From positions 2,594 through 66,593 of the forward strand of contig CANBRH010000002.1 of assembly GCA_947371865.1 (NCBI GenBank): a stretch of 64,000 bases of DNA. Reading direction: 5' to 3'. The translations under genes and the position numbers were made by a program. The notes under the pieces were generated by a model, which was not told the DNA's origin, searched no databases, and was given only the letters and a program-made list of their open reading frames with translations. The stretch is from Actinomycetota bacterium (lineage in GTDB: Bacteria > Actinomycetota > Actinomycetes > Nanopelagicales > Nanopelagicaceae). This document shows, in pieces, positions 19,455-29,130 of the stretch. Positions within the stretch are counted from its first letter, which is position 1. The number at the start of each line of letters is the position of its first letter.

Positions 19455-19489
19455 AGTGCTCCTTTATTTTTTAAATAAGCGGTCGTTAG

Positions 19490-20476
19490 TTACCCCGCCA
19501 GAGGATTAACAATAGTCATTCCAAAGCCACTGCCTTGCTCGCTTAGGCAAACCAGCCCAATTCCCGTCTGCCAGAGTGAAATTCGGGGGGTTGCAGTGAA
19601 ATATCGAGCCTCCAAAATCTTGCCCGCCTTCGAATACAAGATGGCAACTGGAAAGGCCCGCTTGGGTTTCCAACTGGGGATGCCAGCGATCGAGCCAGCC
19701 GAGGTTGATAGCCGCCAATGGTTGGGTCCGGCGGTTAAGGTAACAACGGTCGGTGTGGTCTGGGGATCAAGTTTGACCAGGATGAGTTGACTAAAATTGC
19801 CGTCGCTATCGAAGAGAATCGTGAACTTCTTGGTGAGACCTCCGCTGGCAACTTCACCACTGGCCGTAAAGAGCGATCCCTTAAGAGTCAAACTTTGGGG
19901 GAAGATCGTTCCAGGGGCGCTCATGGAATACGTTGCAAGCAAGGTTCCGGTGCGACTTACCTTCCACACCATGAGTTGATCCAAATTCGGCGAAGCGGCA
20001 GGCGGCGGGTCAACAACAACGCCATCTGGATTGAGAATCGCAGGCGGTGATGAACTCGATGAAGGCGAAGGGGAAACCGGTGGAGTTATCTCTTTGGCAG
20101 CAGAACCTACAACCCAATAATTTCCAGATTTATCCCGAACCAGAGCTGATGCAATTTCATCAGGTGCGCCGCCTAATCTGAGATCCCAATTGTGGACCCC
20201 AGAAAAGCTAAGGCTAGTGATGAATCCGTCGCTGCCACCGAGAGCCGGAGTAGTAACCCAATCACCTGACGTCCCGGTCACGGTTCCGGCAATGATCAAT
20301 GAATTCGTTGTAGAGACAGCGGCAGAAATTTCATCATCAACGCCTGCGGCCAGAGTCGCAACTATGAGTGGTTTAGCGGGCAAAACTTTTATTACTGCTG
20401 TAGCAGCTTGAGAAGCGCTGGCGCAGAGAAAGGCAGATCCGACTGCAAAAAGTGAAATCAGCCGAAGCGATTTCAC
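19490..20476 (-). CDS. secreted beta-propeller repeat (SBBP-like) protein
   Basis: Signal peptide MKSLRLISLFAVGSAFLCASASQA, repeats of the type GGSDGFITSL..G..W and a PSPSSSSSPP linker. The GTG start overlaps the proC stop (GTGA). Confidence 0.6.
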   Translation of the reverse strand: MKSLRLISLFAVGSAFLCASASQAATAVIKVLPAKPLIVATLAAGVDDEISAAVSTTNSLIIAGTVTGTSGDWVTTPALGGSDGFITSLSFSGVHNWDLRLGGAPDEIASALVRDKSGNYWVVGSAAKEITPPVSPSPSSSSSPPAILNPDGVVVDPPPAASPNLDQLMVWKVSRTGTLLATYSMSAPGTIFPQSLTLKGSLFTASGEVASGGLTKKFTILFDSDGNFSQLILVKLDPQTTPTVVTLTAGPNHWRLSTSAGSIAGIPSWKPKRAFPVAILYSKAGKILEARYFTATPRISLWQTGIGLVCLSEQGSGFGMTIVNPLAG

Positions 20477-21294
20477 CCCAATTCAACCGATCGATCGCGG
20501 GCAGCGGTCATCGCTTTTTCGACAAGTTGTGCCAAGCCACCTTCGGTAAAAACTTTTAGGGCTGCTGCCGTAGTGCCATTTGGACTTGTTACATTTTCGC
20601 GAAGTGTCGTGGCGCTTTTTCCGCTCTCCTGCAACATTCCGGCAGCTCCAATAATTGTTTGAATCGCAAGCCGGGTCGAGGTTTGTTCATCTAGTCCCAA
20701 CGATTGCCCTGAGGAAACCATGGCTTCGACAAAAGCAAAGAAGTAAGCGGGACCAGAACCGCTCACAGCGGTTACGGCATCTTGCAGCTCTTCTTCAACA
20801 CTCCACACATCTCCGCTGGAGGAAAGTAGCCCCGTGATGAACTCCATCTGCTGGCTTGAGGCATTAGTTCCGGCTGAGAGCACCGACATACCTTTGCCGA
20901 TTAATAACGGTGTATTTGGCATAACTCGAATAACGCTGGAAACGCCACCGAGGCGATTCTCAATAAATGAAGTGCTCTTGCCCGCGACGAAAGAAACCAG
21001 AAGAGCCGAACTCTTGACCTGACCCTTGCAGGAATCAAGCACATCACCCAGGTCTTGTGGTTTGACTACCAAGAGAAGTAGATCTGAATCGCGGGCCACA
21101 TCTTCTAAATCGCGAGGTTGCGCTCCAAATTTGGCGACAATCTCACTTGAGCGCTCGGCACGCTTTTCGACAAAAGAAATATTCCTTGCAGGTACGCCTG
21201 CCGCGATCAGGCCGGCAAGGAGAGCTTCGCCCATCACGCCCACACCTAGAATGCCGACTTTGAGAGAATCAATCTGCGCTTTCGAATTAGACAT
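20473..21294 (-). CDS. proC: pyrroline-5-carboxylate reductase
   Basis: Rossmann N-terminus GILGVGVMGEAL and the C-terminal P5CR dimerisation signature SPNGTTAAAL. Confidence 0.93.
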   Translation of the reverse strand: MSNSKAQIDSLKVGILGVGVMGEALLAGLIAAGVPARNISFVEKRAERSSEIVAKFGAQPRDLEDVARDSDLLLLVVKPQDLGDVLDSCKGQVKSSALLVSFVAGKSTSFIENRLGGVSSVIRVMPNTPLLIGKGMSVLSAGTNASSQQMEFITGLLSSSGDVWSVEEELQDAVTAVSGSGPAYFFAFVEAMVSSGQSLGLDEQTSTRLAIQTIIGAAGMLQESGKSATTLRENVTSPNGTTAAALKVFTEGGLAQLVEKAMTAARDRSVELG

Positions 21295-21300
21295 ATCTAA

Positions 21301-21306
21301 AGCCTA
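21301..21306 (-). promoter_or_regulatory. -10-like box TAGGCT before proC (leaderless type)
   Basis: TAGGCT on the minus strand, 6 nt before ATG 21294. Confidence 0.4.
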
Positions 21307-21338
21307 TCCAAAGTAATCAAGCGGCAGCCCAGAGTTCG

Positions 21339-22205
21339 GTGAGAATATGCGAATTGACCCACCAAGCCCTAGGCTCTCGCACTGTGCCAGAAGTAAACCC
21401 CAATTTCGCTCGTGACTGGGTCGAATTTTCCGATCCGAATAATAGCGATGAGCTTTTTAAGATCGATCTCACCTGGCTGACCTCTTACTGGTCCTGTATC
21501 TACGGCGCGGGCTGTTGCGGCATTGATGAAGGTAAGCCCAACGACGGTTGTTGTTCAGATGGGGCTTACTACTCCGACGAAGCAGATGAACTTCGAACTT
21601 TGGAAGTTGCCAAACGACTCACTCCGGAGATGTGGCAATTCTTTGATGAAGCCCAACCCAAGAAGAGCGATGGTCGACTTCGCATCTCTGAAGTTGGACT
21701 CGATAGCGATCGCAAAACTCGCAAGATTGAAGACTCTTGTATTTTCCTCAACCGCAAAGGATTTGAGGCTGAAGGATTTACCGGTTCATTTGGCTGCGTA
21801 CTTCATCACCTTGCGCTCAAGGAAGAAATCCATTTTGTAGAAACAAAGCCAGATGTCTGCTGGCAATTACCCATTCGACGCAGCTTCGAAAAACGCGAAC
21901 TCGGAGATCGTGAAATATCGGTCACAGTCATCGGCGAATACGAACGTCTTGCCTGGGGTGATGGTGGGGCCGAATTTAATTGGTACTGCACCAGCAATAC
22001 CGAAGCCCATGTCGGACGCCAACCGGTCTACATTTCAAATGAGGTCGAACTTCGCACGCTTATTGGTGCCGATGCTTACGCTTTACTCAAGCAACATTGC
22101 GATGCCCGCATGGAAGCCATCGCCTCACTAGCAAAAACTGAACGGAAAAACCTTCTTCCACTGCTTTCGATCCACCCGGCCACGCTCGCCAATCAACAGA
22201 ACTAG
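21339..22205 (+). CDS. conserved Cys-rich protein with YkgJ-like (CxxCxxCC) Zn/Fe-chelating motifs
   Basis: SCIYGAGCCGID..DGCCSD followed by SCIFLNRKGF..FGCVLHH..PDVCWQLP resembles the UPF0153/YkgJ pattern. The start is uncertain: GTG 21339, or GTG 21384 which has a TAGGCT -10 box 8 nt upstream. Confidence 0.6.
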   Translation: MRICELTHQALGSRTVPEVNPNFARDWVEFSDPNNSDELFKIDLTWLTSYWSCIYGAGCCGIDEGKPNDGCCSDGAYYSDEADELRTLEVAKRLTPEMWQFFDEAQPKKSDGRLRISEVGLDSDRKTRKIEDSCIFLNRKGFEAEGFTGSFGCVLHHLALKEEIHFVETKPDVCWQLPIRRSFEKRELGDREISVTVIGEYERLAWGDGGAEFNWYCTSNTEAHVGRQPVYISNEVELRTLIGADAYALLKQHCDARMEAIASLAKTERKNLLPLLSIHPATLANQQN

Positions 22206-22219
22206 TCAGACCTACCCGA

Positions 22220-22225
22220 TAGCCT
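22220..22225 (+). promoter_or_regulatory. -10-like box TAGCCT before radA
   Basis: TAnnnT hexamer 7 nt before ATG 22233. Confidence 0.3.
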
Positions 22226-22232
22226 TCCCATT

Positions 22233-23606
22233 ATGGCAAAGAGCACTCCGGCAAAAGATCCCTTCCGCTGTACTGAATGTGGCTGGAGCACAACCAAGTG
22301 GGTTGGTCGCTGCGGCGAATGTCAGGCGTGGGGCACTGTCGAAGAAATCGCAGCACCGAAGAAACTCTCTCTTCTGCCCGGCGCCGTTACTAGCGCTGCC
22401 CAACCTATTGGCGAAGTTAATCTACAGAGCGCTCAGGCTCGTTCTAGCGGAGTCAGCGAACTCGATCGAGTTCTTGGTGGTGGCCTTGTGCCTGGCGCTG
22501 CCATCCTCCTGGCTGGCGAACCCGGAGTCGGAAAATCCACTTTGCTCTTGGCGGTTGCCGCTGAAAGCGCACGTAAGAACCTCGTTTCTCTCTATATCAG
22601 CGGTGAAGAGTCAGCTTCGCAGGTGCGACTTCGCGCCGAACGCCTCAACGCAATTGACCCCAATTTGTGGCTAGCCGCCGAGACTGACCTCGGTTCAGTT
22701 ATCGCTCACATTGATGCAGTTCAACCACAGCTCCTCGTTATTGATTCCATCCAAACAATCTCCTCCGCGGCCGTTGAAGGTTCTCCCGGTGGAGTTACCC
22801 AGGTTCGTGAAATTGCTGCAGCACTCATTCGCATTGCTAAAGAACGTGCGATCACTTTGGTCTTGGTTGGCCATGTCACCAAAGATGGTTCTATCGCCGG
22901 GCCTCGTTTGCTCGAGCACTTAGTTGATGTTGTCCTTAACTTTGAAGGCGATCGACATTCACGGTTGCGACTTATTCGCGCCATGAAGAACCGCTTTGGT
23001 GCCAGCGATGAAGTCGGTTGTTTCGACATGAACGAATCTGGAATCACCAGCCTGCCCGATCCCACTGGTTTATTTACCACCAGACACTCTGAGCCCGTTC
23101 CCGGAACGTGTGTCACTGTCGCCTTGGAAGGTCGCAGGCCTCTGCTTGCAGAGATTCAAGCGCTCGTCAGCGCTCCACTTCCCGATGGTCGCGATTTTGG
23201 AAATTCTAGGCGAGTGACATCGGGCCTCGATAATCCGCGTACCGCAATGACTTTGGCCGTCCTTGAACTCCGAGCCGGTGTACGAATTTCTGGTCGCGAT
23301 GTTTACGTCGCAACCGTTGGTGGCATGAAGATGAGCGAGCCATCCGCAGATCTAGCCGTTGCACTTGCCGTTGCTTCGGCCGCTAAAGGTATGGCGTTAC
23401 CTGCCGATCTCATTGCAATTGGCGAAGTTGGGTTGGCTGGTGAAATTAGAAAAGTAACTGGTGTGGGTCAGCGAGTTCAAGAGGCAGTTCGCTTGGGCTT
23501 TAAACGTTTCATGGTTCCCGTTGGCAGCGATCTCAAGATTGATGGCGTTGAAATCATGGAAGTTGCTCGGCTGGAACAAGCAATTGCCAAGGTCAAAATC
23601 AATTAG
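22233..23606 (+). CDS. radA: DNA repair protein RadA (Sms)
   Basis: C4 zinc finger CTECGWSTTKWVGRCGEC, Walker A GEPGVGKST, KNRFG motif, and a Lon-protease-like C-terminal domain. Confidence 0.95.
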   Translation: MAKSTPAKDPFRCTECGWSTTKWVGRCGECQAWGTVEEIAAPKKLSLLPGAVTSAAQPIGEVNLQSAQARSSGVSELDRVLGGGLVPGAAILLAGEPGVGKSTLLLAVAAESARKNLVSLYISGEESASQVRLRAERLNAIDPNLWLAAETDLGSVIAHIDAVQPQLLVIDSIQTISSAAVEGSPGGVTQVREIAAALIRIAKERAITLVLVGHVTKDGSIAGPRLLEHLVDVVLNFEGDRHSRLRLIRAMKNRFGASDEVGCFDMNESGITSLPDPTGLFTTRHSEPVPGTCVTVALEGRRPLLAEIQALVSAPLPDGRDFGNSRRVTSGLDNPRTAMTLAVLELRAGVRISGRDVYVATVGGMKMSEPSADLAVALAVASAAKGMALPADLIAIGEVGLAGEIRKVTGVGQRVQEAVRLGFKRFMVPVGSDLKIDGVEIMEVARLEQAIAKVKIN

Positions 23607-23608
23607 CA

Positions 23609-24448
23609 ATGCAGCCCCAACTTATACAGTGGTTTAATAAGAATAAGCGGGATCTTCCCTGGCGTAACACTTCCCCTTGGGGAGTCATGGTCAGTGAATA
23701 CATGTTGCAACAAACTCCAGTTAACCGAGTAGTTCCTATTTGGCAACAATGGATGGCGGCTTGGCCCGACGCTCATTCCTTAGCCCAGGCACCTAAGTCT
23801 GAAGTTATACGAGCCTGGGGTCGTTTGGGCTACCCACGCCGGGCTTTGCGTCTACATGAAAGTGCAAAAATCATCGCAGATCAATTCGATAACCAAGTTC
23901 CATCTTCATATGAAGAGTTGCTCTCACTTCCCGGTATCGGTGACTACACAGCTTCGGCCATTATGGCCTTTGCCTTCGGCAAACGATCATTGGTCTTGGA
24001 TATAAATATCCGCAGACTCTTTTCCAGATTGATCGATGGTGTAGAAACCGCGCCTGCCAGCATCTCTCAATTAGAGCGAGCGTTGCGAACTGAACTTATT
24101 CCGGCACAACAGCCACATCTCTGGGCGGCAGCCACCATGGAATTTGGCGCCCTGGTCTGTACCGCCAAGAATCCCGATTGCGACGCCTGCCCATTACAGA
24201 GTGAATGTGCCTGGCGAGCTATGGGTTATCCAAAATCGGAAGCTAAACCCAAGCCCAAATTCGACGGCTCCGATCGTCAATGCCGTGGAACCATCATGAC
24301 CCGTCTTCGCGAGCAATCAAAGGCTAGCCACGAAGAACTCTCTACACTCTGGCCAGATGTCGCTCAATTCGACAAGGCTCTTAAGACACTTATTGCCGAT
24401 GGCCTCATCGAGACCACCGGCAAAAAGCGTTACAAACTAGCTAATTAA
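23609..24448 (+). CDS. mutY: A/G-specific adenine DNA glycosylase (MutY family, short C-terminus)
   Basis: HhH-GPD motif LPGIGDYTA (Asp rather than the EndoIII Lys), catalytic SEYMLQQT and VLDIN, and the [4Fe-4S] motif C184-x6-C-x2-C-x5-C. Only ~79 aa follow the cluster. Confidence 0.8.
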   Translation: MQPQLIQWFNKNKRDLPWRNTSPWGVMVSEYMLQQTPVNRVVPIWQQWMAAWPDAHSLAQAPKSEVIRAWGRLGYPRRALRLHESAKIIADQFDNQVPSSYEELLSLPGIGDYTASAIMAFAFGKRSLVLDINIRRLFSRLIDGVETAPASISQLERALRTELIPAQQPHLWAAATMEFGALVCTAKNPDCDACPLQSECAWRAMGYPKSEAKPKPKFDGSDRQCRGTIMTRLREQSKASHEELSTLWPDVAQFDKALKTLIADGLIETTGKKRYKLAN

Positions 24449-26949
24449 GCAGAAGGTGCCTGTTCGGTCAGGTCGCCTGGTGTATCTGGCATCTCTGACT
24501 TTGGAACACCGTTGAAGGTGAACTTTTCGGTATCGCCATCGGTCTCAACATCGACCAAAGTGATCTCTCCTGGTTTTACATCGCCAAAGAGAATCTTCTC
24601 AGAGAGTTGATCTTCAATCTCGCGTTGAATGCATCGTCGTAGCGGGCGAGCACCAAGCAATGGGTCATAACCTCGCTTTGCCAACAGCGCTTTAGCTGCA
24701 GGGGTGAGTTCGATTCCCATATCGCGAGCGCGAAGTCGCTCATCGAGATTGGCGATCATGAGATCAACAATCTGGACTATCTCAGTTTCACTGAGCTGGT
24801 GGAAGACGATGATGTCATCAATACGGTTAAGGAACTCGGGACGGAAGTGCGTCTTCAGCTCTTCGCTGACCTTGCCCTTCATGCGTTCGTAGTTACCCAA
24901 TACATCTGATGCATTGTGGAAACCAAGTCCTAGGGTCTTGGAGATATCTCGCGTTCCTAAGTTGGTGGTCATAATGATGACAGTGTTCTTGAAATCGACT
25001 ACGCGACCTTGAGCATCTGTCAGGCGGCCATCTTCCAAAACCTGTAAGAGCGAATTGAAGATATCTGGGTGAGCCTTCTCGATTTCATCAAAGAGAACTA
25101 CTGAGAATGGCTTGCGTCGAACTTTCTCAGTTAGCTGTCCACCTTCGTCGTATCCGACAAATCCAGGAGGAGCTCCAAAGAGACGTGAAGCAGTGTGCTT
25201 CTCGGAGTATTCCGACATATCCAATTGGATAAGTGCATCAGAATCGCCAAAGAGGAAAGCAGCCAAGGTACGTGAGAGTTCAGTCTTTCCGACGCCAGAA
25301 GGGCCGGCGAAGATGAACGAACCACCAGGACGGCGTGGGTCTTTAAGGCCGGCACGAGTACGACGAATGGCTTGAGAGAGAGCCTTAATGGCTTGATCTT
25401 GACCAATGACGCGACGATGAAGTTCATCCTCCATGCGAAGCAATCTTGCGGTCTCGGCTTCGGTCAACTTAAAGACTGGAATACCAGTTGCGGTAGAGAG
25501 CACTTCGGCAATGAGTTCTTCATCAACTTCGGCAACGACATCGAGATCGCCTGCCTTCCAGCTCTTCTCACGCTCAGCCTTTTCAGTGATGAGGTTCTTC
25601 TCGTTATCGCGAAGCGATGCGGCACGTTCAAAGTCTTGAGAATCAATAGCTGATTCCTTCTCTTTGCGCGCCTTGGCAATGCGGTCGTCGAATTCTCGAA
25701 GCTCTGGTGGAGCAGTCATACGACGAATACGTAGGCGAGAGCCAGCCTCGTCGATGAGATCAATCGCCTTGTCCGGCAAGAAACGATCAGAGACATAGCG
25801 ATCGGCCAACGTTGCCGCAGAAACTAATGCGGAATCGGAAATCGAAACCTTGTGATGGGATTCGTAGCGATCGCGCAAACCTTTAAGAATTTCAATGGTG
25901 TGAGCAACAGTTGGCTCGGCAACTTGAATAGGTTGGAAGCGTCGTTCTAGTGCCGCATCCTTTTCGAGGTGCTTTCGGTACTCATCAAGGGTTGTGGCTC
26001 CGATGGTCTGGAGTTCGCCACGAGCAAGCATTGGTTTCAAAATGCTGGCAGCGTCAATTGCACCTTCGGCTGCGCCAGCACCAACGAGAGTATGAATCTC
26101 GTCGATGAAGAGAATGATGTCACCGCGCGTGCGGATTTCTTTCAAGACTTTCTTCAATCGCTCTTCAAAATCTCCGCGGTAGCGAGAACCGGCTACAAGA
26201 GCTCCAAGATCGAGAGAGTAGAGCTGCTTATCCTTAAGAGTTTCAGGAACATCGCCTTTAACGATCGCTTGAGCTAACCCTTCAACAATTGCAGTCTTTC
26301 CAACACCGGGCTCACCGATCAGTACTGGATTGTTCTTGGTGCGCCTGGAGAGAACCTGCATAACGCGTTCGATCTCTTTTTCACGGCCAATTACAGGATC
26401 AAGTTTTCCTTCGCGTGCAGCCTGTGTCAGGTTGCGACCAAATTGATCAAGAACCAATGATGTTGAAGCAGTGCCTTCGGCTGGTCCACTTGCTGCGACC
26501 GCCTCTTTGCCTTGGTAACCTGAAAGTAATTGAATAACTTGTTGGCGCACACGATTGAGGTCGGCGCCTAGCTTCACAAGAACCTGTGCAGCAACACCTT
26601 CGCCCTCACGAATGAGTCCTAAGAGAATGTGCTCGGTGCCGATGTAGTTGTGGCCGAGTTGCAGTGCCTCGCGGAGTGAAAGTTCGAGGACCTTCTTAGC
26701 GCGTGGAGTAAATGGGATATGCCCAGATGGAGCTTGCTGTCCCTGGCCGATGATTTCTTCGACCTGTGAACGCACAGCCTCAAGTGAGATACCAAGGGCC
26801 TCAAGCCCTTTGGCGGCAACGCCTTCACCTTCGTGGATGAGTCCCAGAAGGATGTGCTCGGTGCCGATGTAGTTGTGGTTGAGCATGCGAGCTTCCTCTT
26901 GGGCCAATACAACAACCCGGCGAGCTCGATCAGTAAAGCGCTCGAACAT
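24445..26949 (-). CDS. clpC: ATP-dependent Clp protease ATP-binding subunit ClpC
   Basis: Two Clp_N repeats ([13 protein letters not shown] twice), two AAA+ modules ([16 protein letters not shown]), and a UVR-like linker. Confidence 0.95.
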   Translation of the reverse strand: MFERFTDRARRVVVLAQEEARMLNHNYIGTEHILLGLIHEGEGVAAKGLEALGISLEAVRSQVEEIIGQGQQAPSGHIPFTPRAKKVLELSLREALQLGHNYIGTEHILLGLIREGEGVAAQVLVKLGADLNRVRQQVIQLLSGYQGKEAVAASGPAEGTASTSLVLDQFGRNLTQAAREGKLDPVIGREKEIERVMQVLSRRTKNNPVLIGEPGVGKTAIVEGLAQAIVKGDVPETLKDKQLYSLDLGALVAGSRYRGDFEERLKKVLKEIRTRGDIILFIDEIHTLVGAGAAEGAIDAASILKPMLARGELQTIGATTLDEYRKHLEKDAALERRFQPIQVAEPTVAHTIEILKGLRDRYESHHKVSISDSALVSAATLADRYVSDRFLPDKAIDLIDEAGSRLRIRRMTAPPELREFDDRIAKARKEKESAIDSQDFERAASLRDNEKNLITEKAEREKSWKAGDLDVVAEVDEELIAEVLSTATGIPVFKLTEAETARLLRMEDELHRRVIGQDQAIKALSQAIRRTRAGLKDPRRPGGSFIFAGPSGVGKTELSRTLAAFLFGDSDALIQLDMSEYSEKHTASRLFGAPPGFVGYDEGGQLTEKVRRKPFSVVLFDEIEKAHPDIFNSLLQVLEDGRLTDAQGRVVDFKNTVIIMTTNLGTRDISKTLGLGFHNASDVLGNYERMKGKVSEELKTHFRPEFLNRIDDIIVFHQLSETEIVQIVDLMIANLDERLRARDMGIELTPAAKALLAKRGYDPLLGARPLRRCIQREIEDQLSEKILFGDVKPGEITLVDVETDGDTEKFTFNGVPKSEMPDTPGDLTEQAPSA

Positions 26950-27103
26950 TGGTGAGCCTCCTTCTTCTTTCCTTAGGTTAAGCCTAATGCGGGAGGGGTA
27001 ATGGCTGTAGCCTGAAAGAAACCCCCGCCTAATACTTCACTTAACCCCACAACTGGGTCGGTTATGCCCGAAATAGGCGAGATTTTGCTGTGAGCAGAAA
27101 AAG
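26950..27103 (-). promoter_or_regulatory. clpC promoter and structured 5' leader
   Basis: At 154 nt this is the largest non-coding gap in the window. The minus-strand RNA can form a GC-rich stem (GCGGGGG 27022-27028 with CCCCUCCCGC 26989-26998) and a UUAGG-CUUAA-CCUAA hairpin (26973-26987). These lie just 5' of the purine-rich SD GAAGGAGG. Confidence 0.4.
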
Positions 27104-27601
27104 CTAGAGAACGAGCAACATTCGGGTATTGCCCAAGGTGTTGGGTTTAACCGATTCCAGGTCCAAGAATTCAGCCATTCCTTGGTCATAAGACCGGAGC
27201 AATTGGGCATAAACCTCAGGCTCGACCGGGGCACCTTCAATCTCGGTGAAACCATGGCGGCCAAAGAATTCGGTCTCAAAGGTCAAACAGAAGATGCGCT
27301 CGACACCAATCTCCCGGGCCCTGGAGATAACACGTTGGACGATGGCATGGCCGATCCCCTGCCCGCGATAATCAGTTTCGACGGCAACGGTGCGGACCTC
27401 AGCCAAGTCCTCCCATAAGACGTGAAGAGCGCCGCAGCCGACCACTTTCTCGCCATCAACCGCAACGGTAAATTCCTGGACATCTTCGTACAAAGTTACG
27501 GTCTCTTTGGAGAGCAAGCGACCCTGACCGGAATACGCATCAATTAAGTGTCGTATCTGTTTGATGTCAGCTGTCGTAGCGGGGCGAACTTCTATAACCA
27601 T
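27104..27601 (-). CDS. GNAT family (amino-acid) N-acetyltransferase
   Basis: 165 aa with the acetyl-CoA motif RGQGIGHAIV. It resembles short ArgA-like acetyltransferases. Confidence 0.8.
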   Translation of the reverse strand: MVIEVRPATTADIKQIRHLIDAYSGQGRLLSKETVTLYEDVQEFTVAVDGEKVVGCGALHVLWEDLAEVRTVAVETDYRGQGIGHAIVQRVISRAREIGVERIFCLTFETEFFGRHGFTEIEGAPVEPEVYAQLLRSYDQGMAEFLDLESVKPNTLGNTRMLLVL

Positions 27602-29110
27602 TTATTCATCTGCCTCGGGCTTTACAAGAGGGAAAAGAATGGTTTCGCGAATTCCTAGGCCGGTGAGAGCCATCAACAATCGATCTACACCCATACCCAT
27701 ACCGCCCATAGGTGGCATGCCGTATTCCATGGCGCGTAAGAAATCTTCATCAAGTTGCATCGCTTCAACATCGCCCTTTGCACCCAAGGAGGCTTGTTCA
27801 ATGAGGCGCTCGCGCTGAATAACAGGATCGATGAGTTCGGAGTATCCAGTTGCAAGTTCGAATCCTTCAACGTAGAGATCCCATTTTTCAACCAAACCCG
27901 GGACATCGCGATGTGCGCGGACCAACGGTGAGGTATCGATGGGGTAGCCCTTAACAAATATTGGTGCGTTTAATTTGCCCTCAGTAACGTGTTCGAAAAT
28001 CTCTTCGGCCAACTTGCCGGTGATCCATTTTGGATCGATCTTCATGCCTAACTTGGTGGCAATCAATTTCAACTCTTCATAACTGGTTTGTGGAGTAACT
28101 TCTTCGCCGACACCTTCTGAAATTAATTCAAAAAGTGAAGCCTCGCGCCACTTTCCACCTAGGTCCAAGATACGACCGTCCAAATGAGTTACTTGATGCG
28201 AACCACAGACCGCCATTGCCGCATCTTGGACCAAAGACTGAGTGAGTTCAGCGATGGAGTTCCAGTCGCCATAGGCTTCATAACTTTCGATCATCGCAAA
28301 TTCTGGAGAGTGCGATGAATCAGCACCTTCGTTGCGAAAGTTTCGGTTAATTTCGAATACGCGCTCGAGACCGCCGACAACACAGCGCTTCAAGAAAAGT
28401 TCAGGAGCAATGCGCAGAAAAAGGTCCATCTGATAGGCATTGCTTTCGGTCTTAAATGGGCGAGCAGTTGCACCGCCATGCATGACCTGCAGCATCGGAG
28501 TTTCGACTTCAATAAAGTCGCGTTTTGCGAACGACTCTCGTAGTGACTTCATAACCGTTGGCCGCAAACGCGCCATGGTGCGAGCCTCAGGGCGAACGAT
28601 CAAATCCACGTAACGCATACGCACTCGGGTTTCCTCCGAGAGCGGCTTGTGCTCAACGGGAAGCGGACGCAACGACTTGGAAGCGAGTTTCCACTCGGTA
28701 GCCAAAATCGAAAGTTCGCCGCGTTTTGAGGTGATGACTTCGCCCGTAACGCTGACGAGGTCACCTAAGTCGATCTCCGACTTCCAGAGATCGAGGGCTT
28801 CTTGCCCGACTTTATCGAGCGAAAGCATCGCCTGAAGTTCGGTGCCATCGCCTTCGCGCAAAGTTGCGAAACAAAGTTTGCCGGTATCACGCTTGAAAAT
28901 AACGCGACCCGCAACGCTCTCGATCTCACCTGTAGCGACATCGATTGCCAAATCTTTATGGGATTCGCGAATCTCCATTAGCGACTTGGTGCGCGCAACG
29001 GCAACGGGATAGGGCTCGGCGCCGCGATCCAAGATGGCAGCGCGCTTTTCGCGCCGAATCCGAAGTTGCTCGGGTAGATCGTCGGCCGGAGTCGTAGTTG
29101 ATTCGCTCAT
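27602..29110 (-). CDS. lysS: lysine--tRNA ligase (class II)
   Basis: 502 aa with an OB anticodon-binding domain followed by class II motifs (FRNEG.., GMGMGVDRL). Confidence 0.95.
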   Translation of the reverse strand: MSESTTTPADDLPEQLRIRREKRAAILDRGAEPYPVAVARTKSLMEIRESHKDLAIDVATGEIESVAGRVIFKRDTGKLCFATLREGDGTELQAMLSLDKVGQEALDLWKSEIDLGDLVSVTGEVITSKRGELSILATEWKLASKSLRPLPVEHKPLSEETRVRMRYVDLIVRPEARTMARLRPTVMKSLRESFAKRDFIEVETPMLQVMHGGATARPFKTESNAYQMDLFLRIAPELFLKRCVVGGLERVFEINRNFRNEGADSSHSPEFAMIESYEAYGDWNSIAELTQSLVQDAAMAVCGSHQVTHLDGRILDLGGKWREASLFELISEGVGEEVTPQTSYEELKLIATKLGMKIDPKWITGKLAEEIFEHVTEGKLNAPIFVKGYPIDTSPLVRAHRDVPGLVEKWDLYVEGFELATGYSELIDPVIQRERLIEQASLGAKGDVEAMQLDEDFLRAMEYGMPPMGGMGMGVDRLLMALTGLGIRETILFPLVKPEADE

Positions 29111-29130
29111 AAGGGATGCAAGCCTACCGT

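Noticed and set aside
26627-26878. 27-nt exact direct repeat inside clpC (ATGTGCTCGGTGCCGATGTAGTTGTGG at 26627-26653 and 26852-26878).
   Set aside because: The repeat corresponds to the duplicated Clp_N repeat motif [13 protein letters not shown] in the same reading frame. It is explained by the ancient internal domain duplication plus codon preference, and is not a mobile or regulatory repeat.
26973-26987. IdeR/DtxR iron-box-like sequence TTAGGTTAAGCCTAA in the clpC leader.
   Set aside because: The left half (TTAGGTTA) matches the iron box, but there is an extra base at the centre and the right arm (..TGCGG) diverges. That gives only ~11/19 ungapped matches to TTAGGTTAGGCTAACCTAA. It is more simply explained as an RNA hairpin next to the SD.
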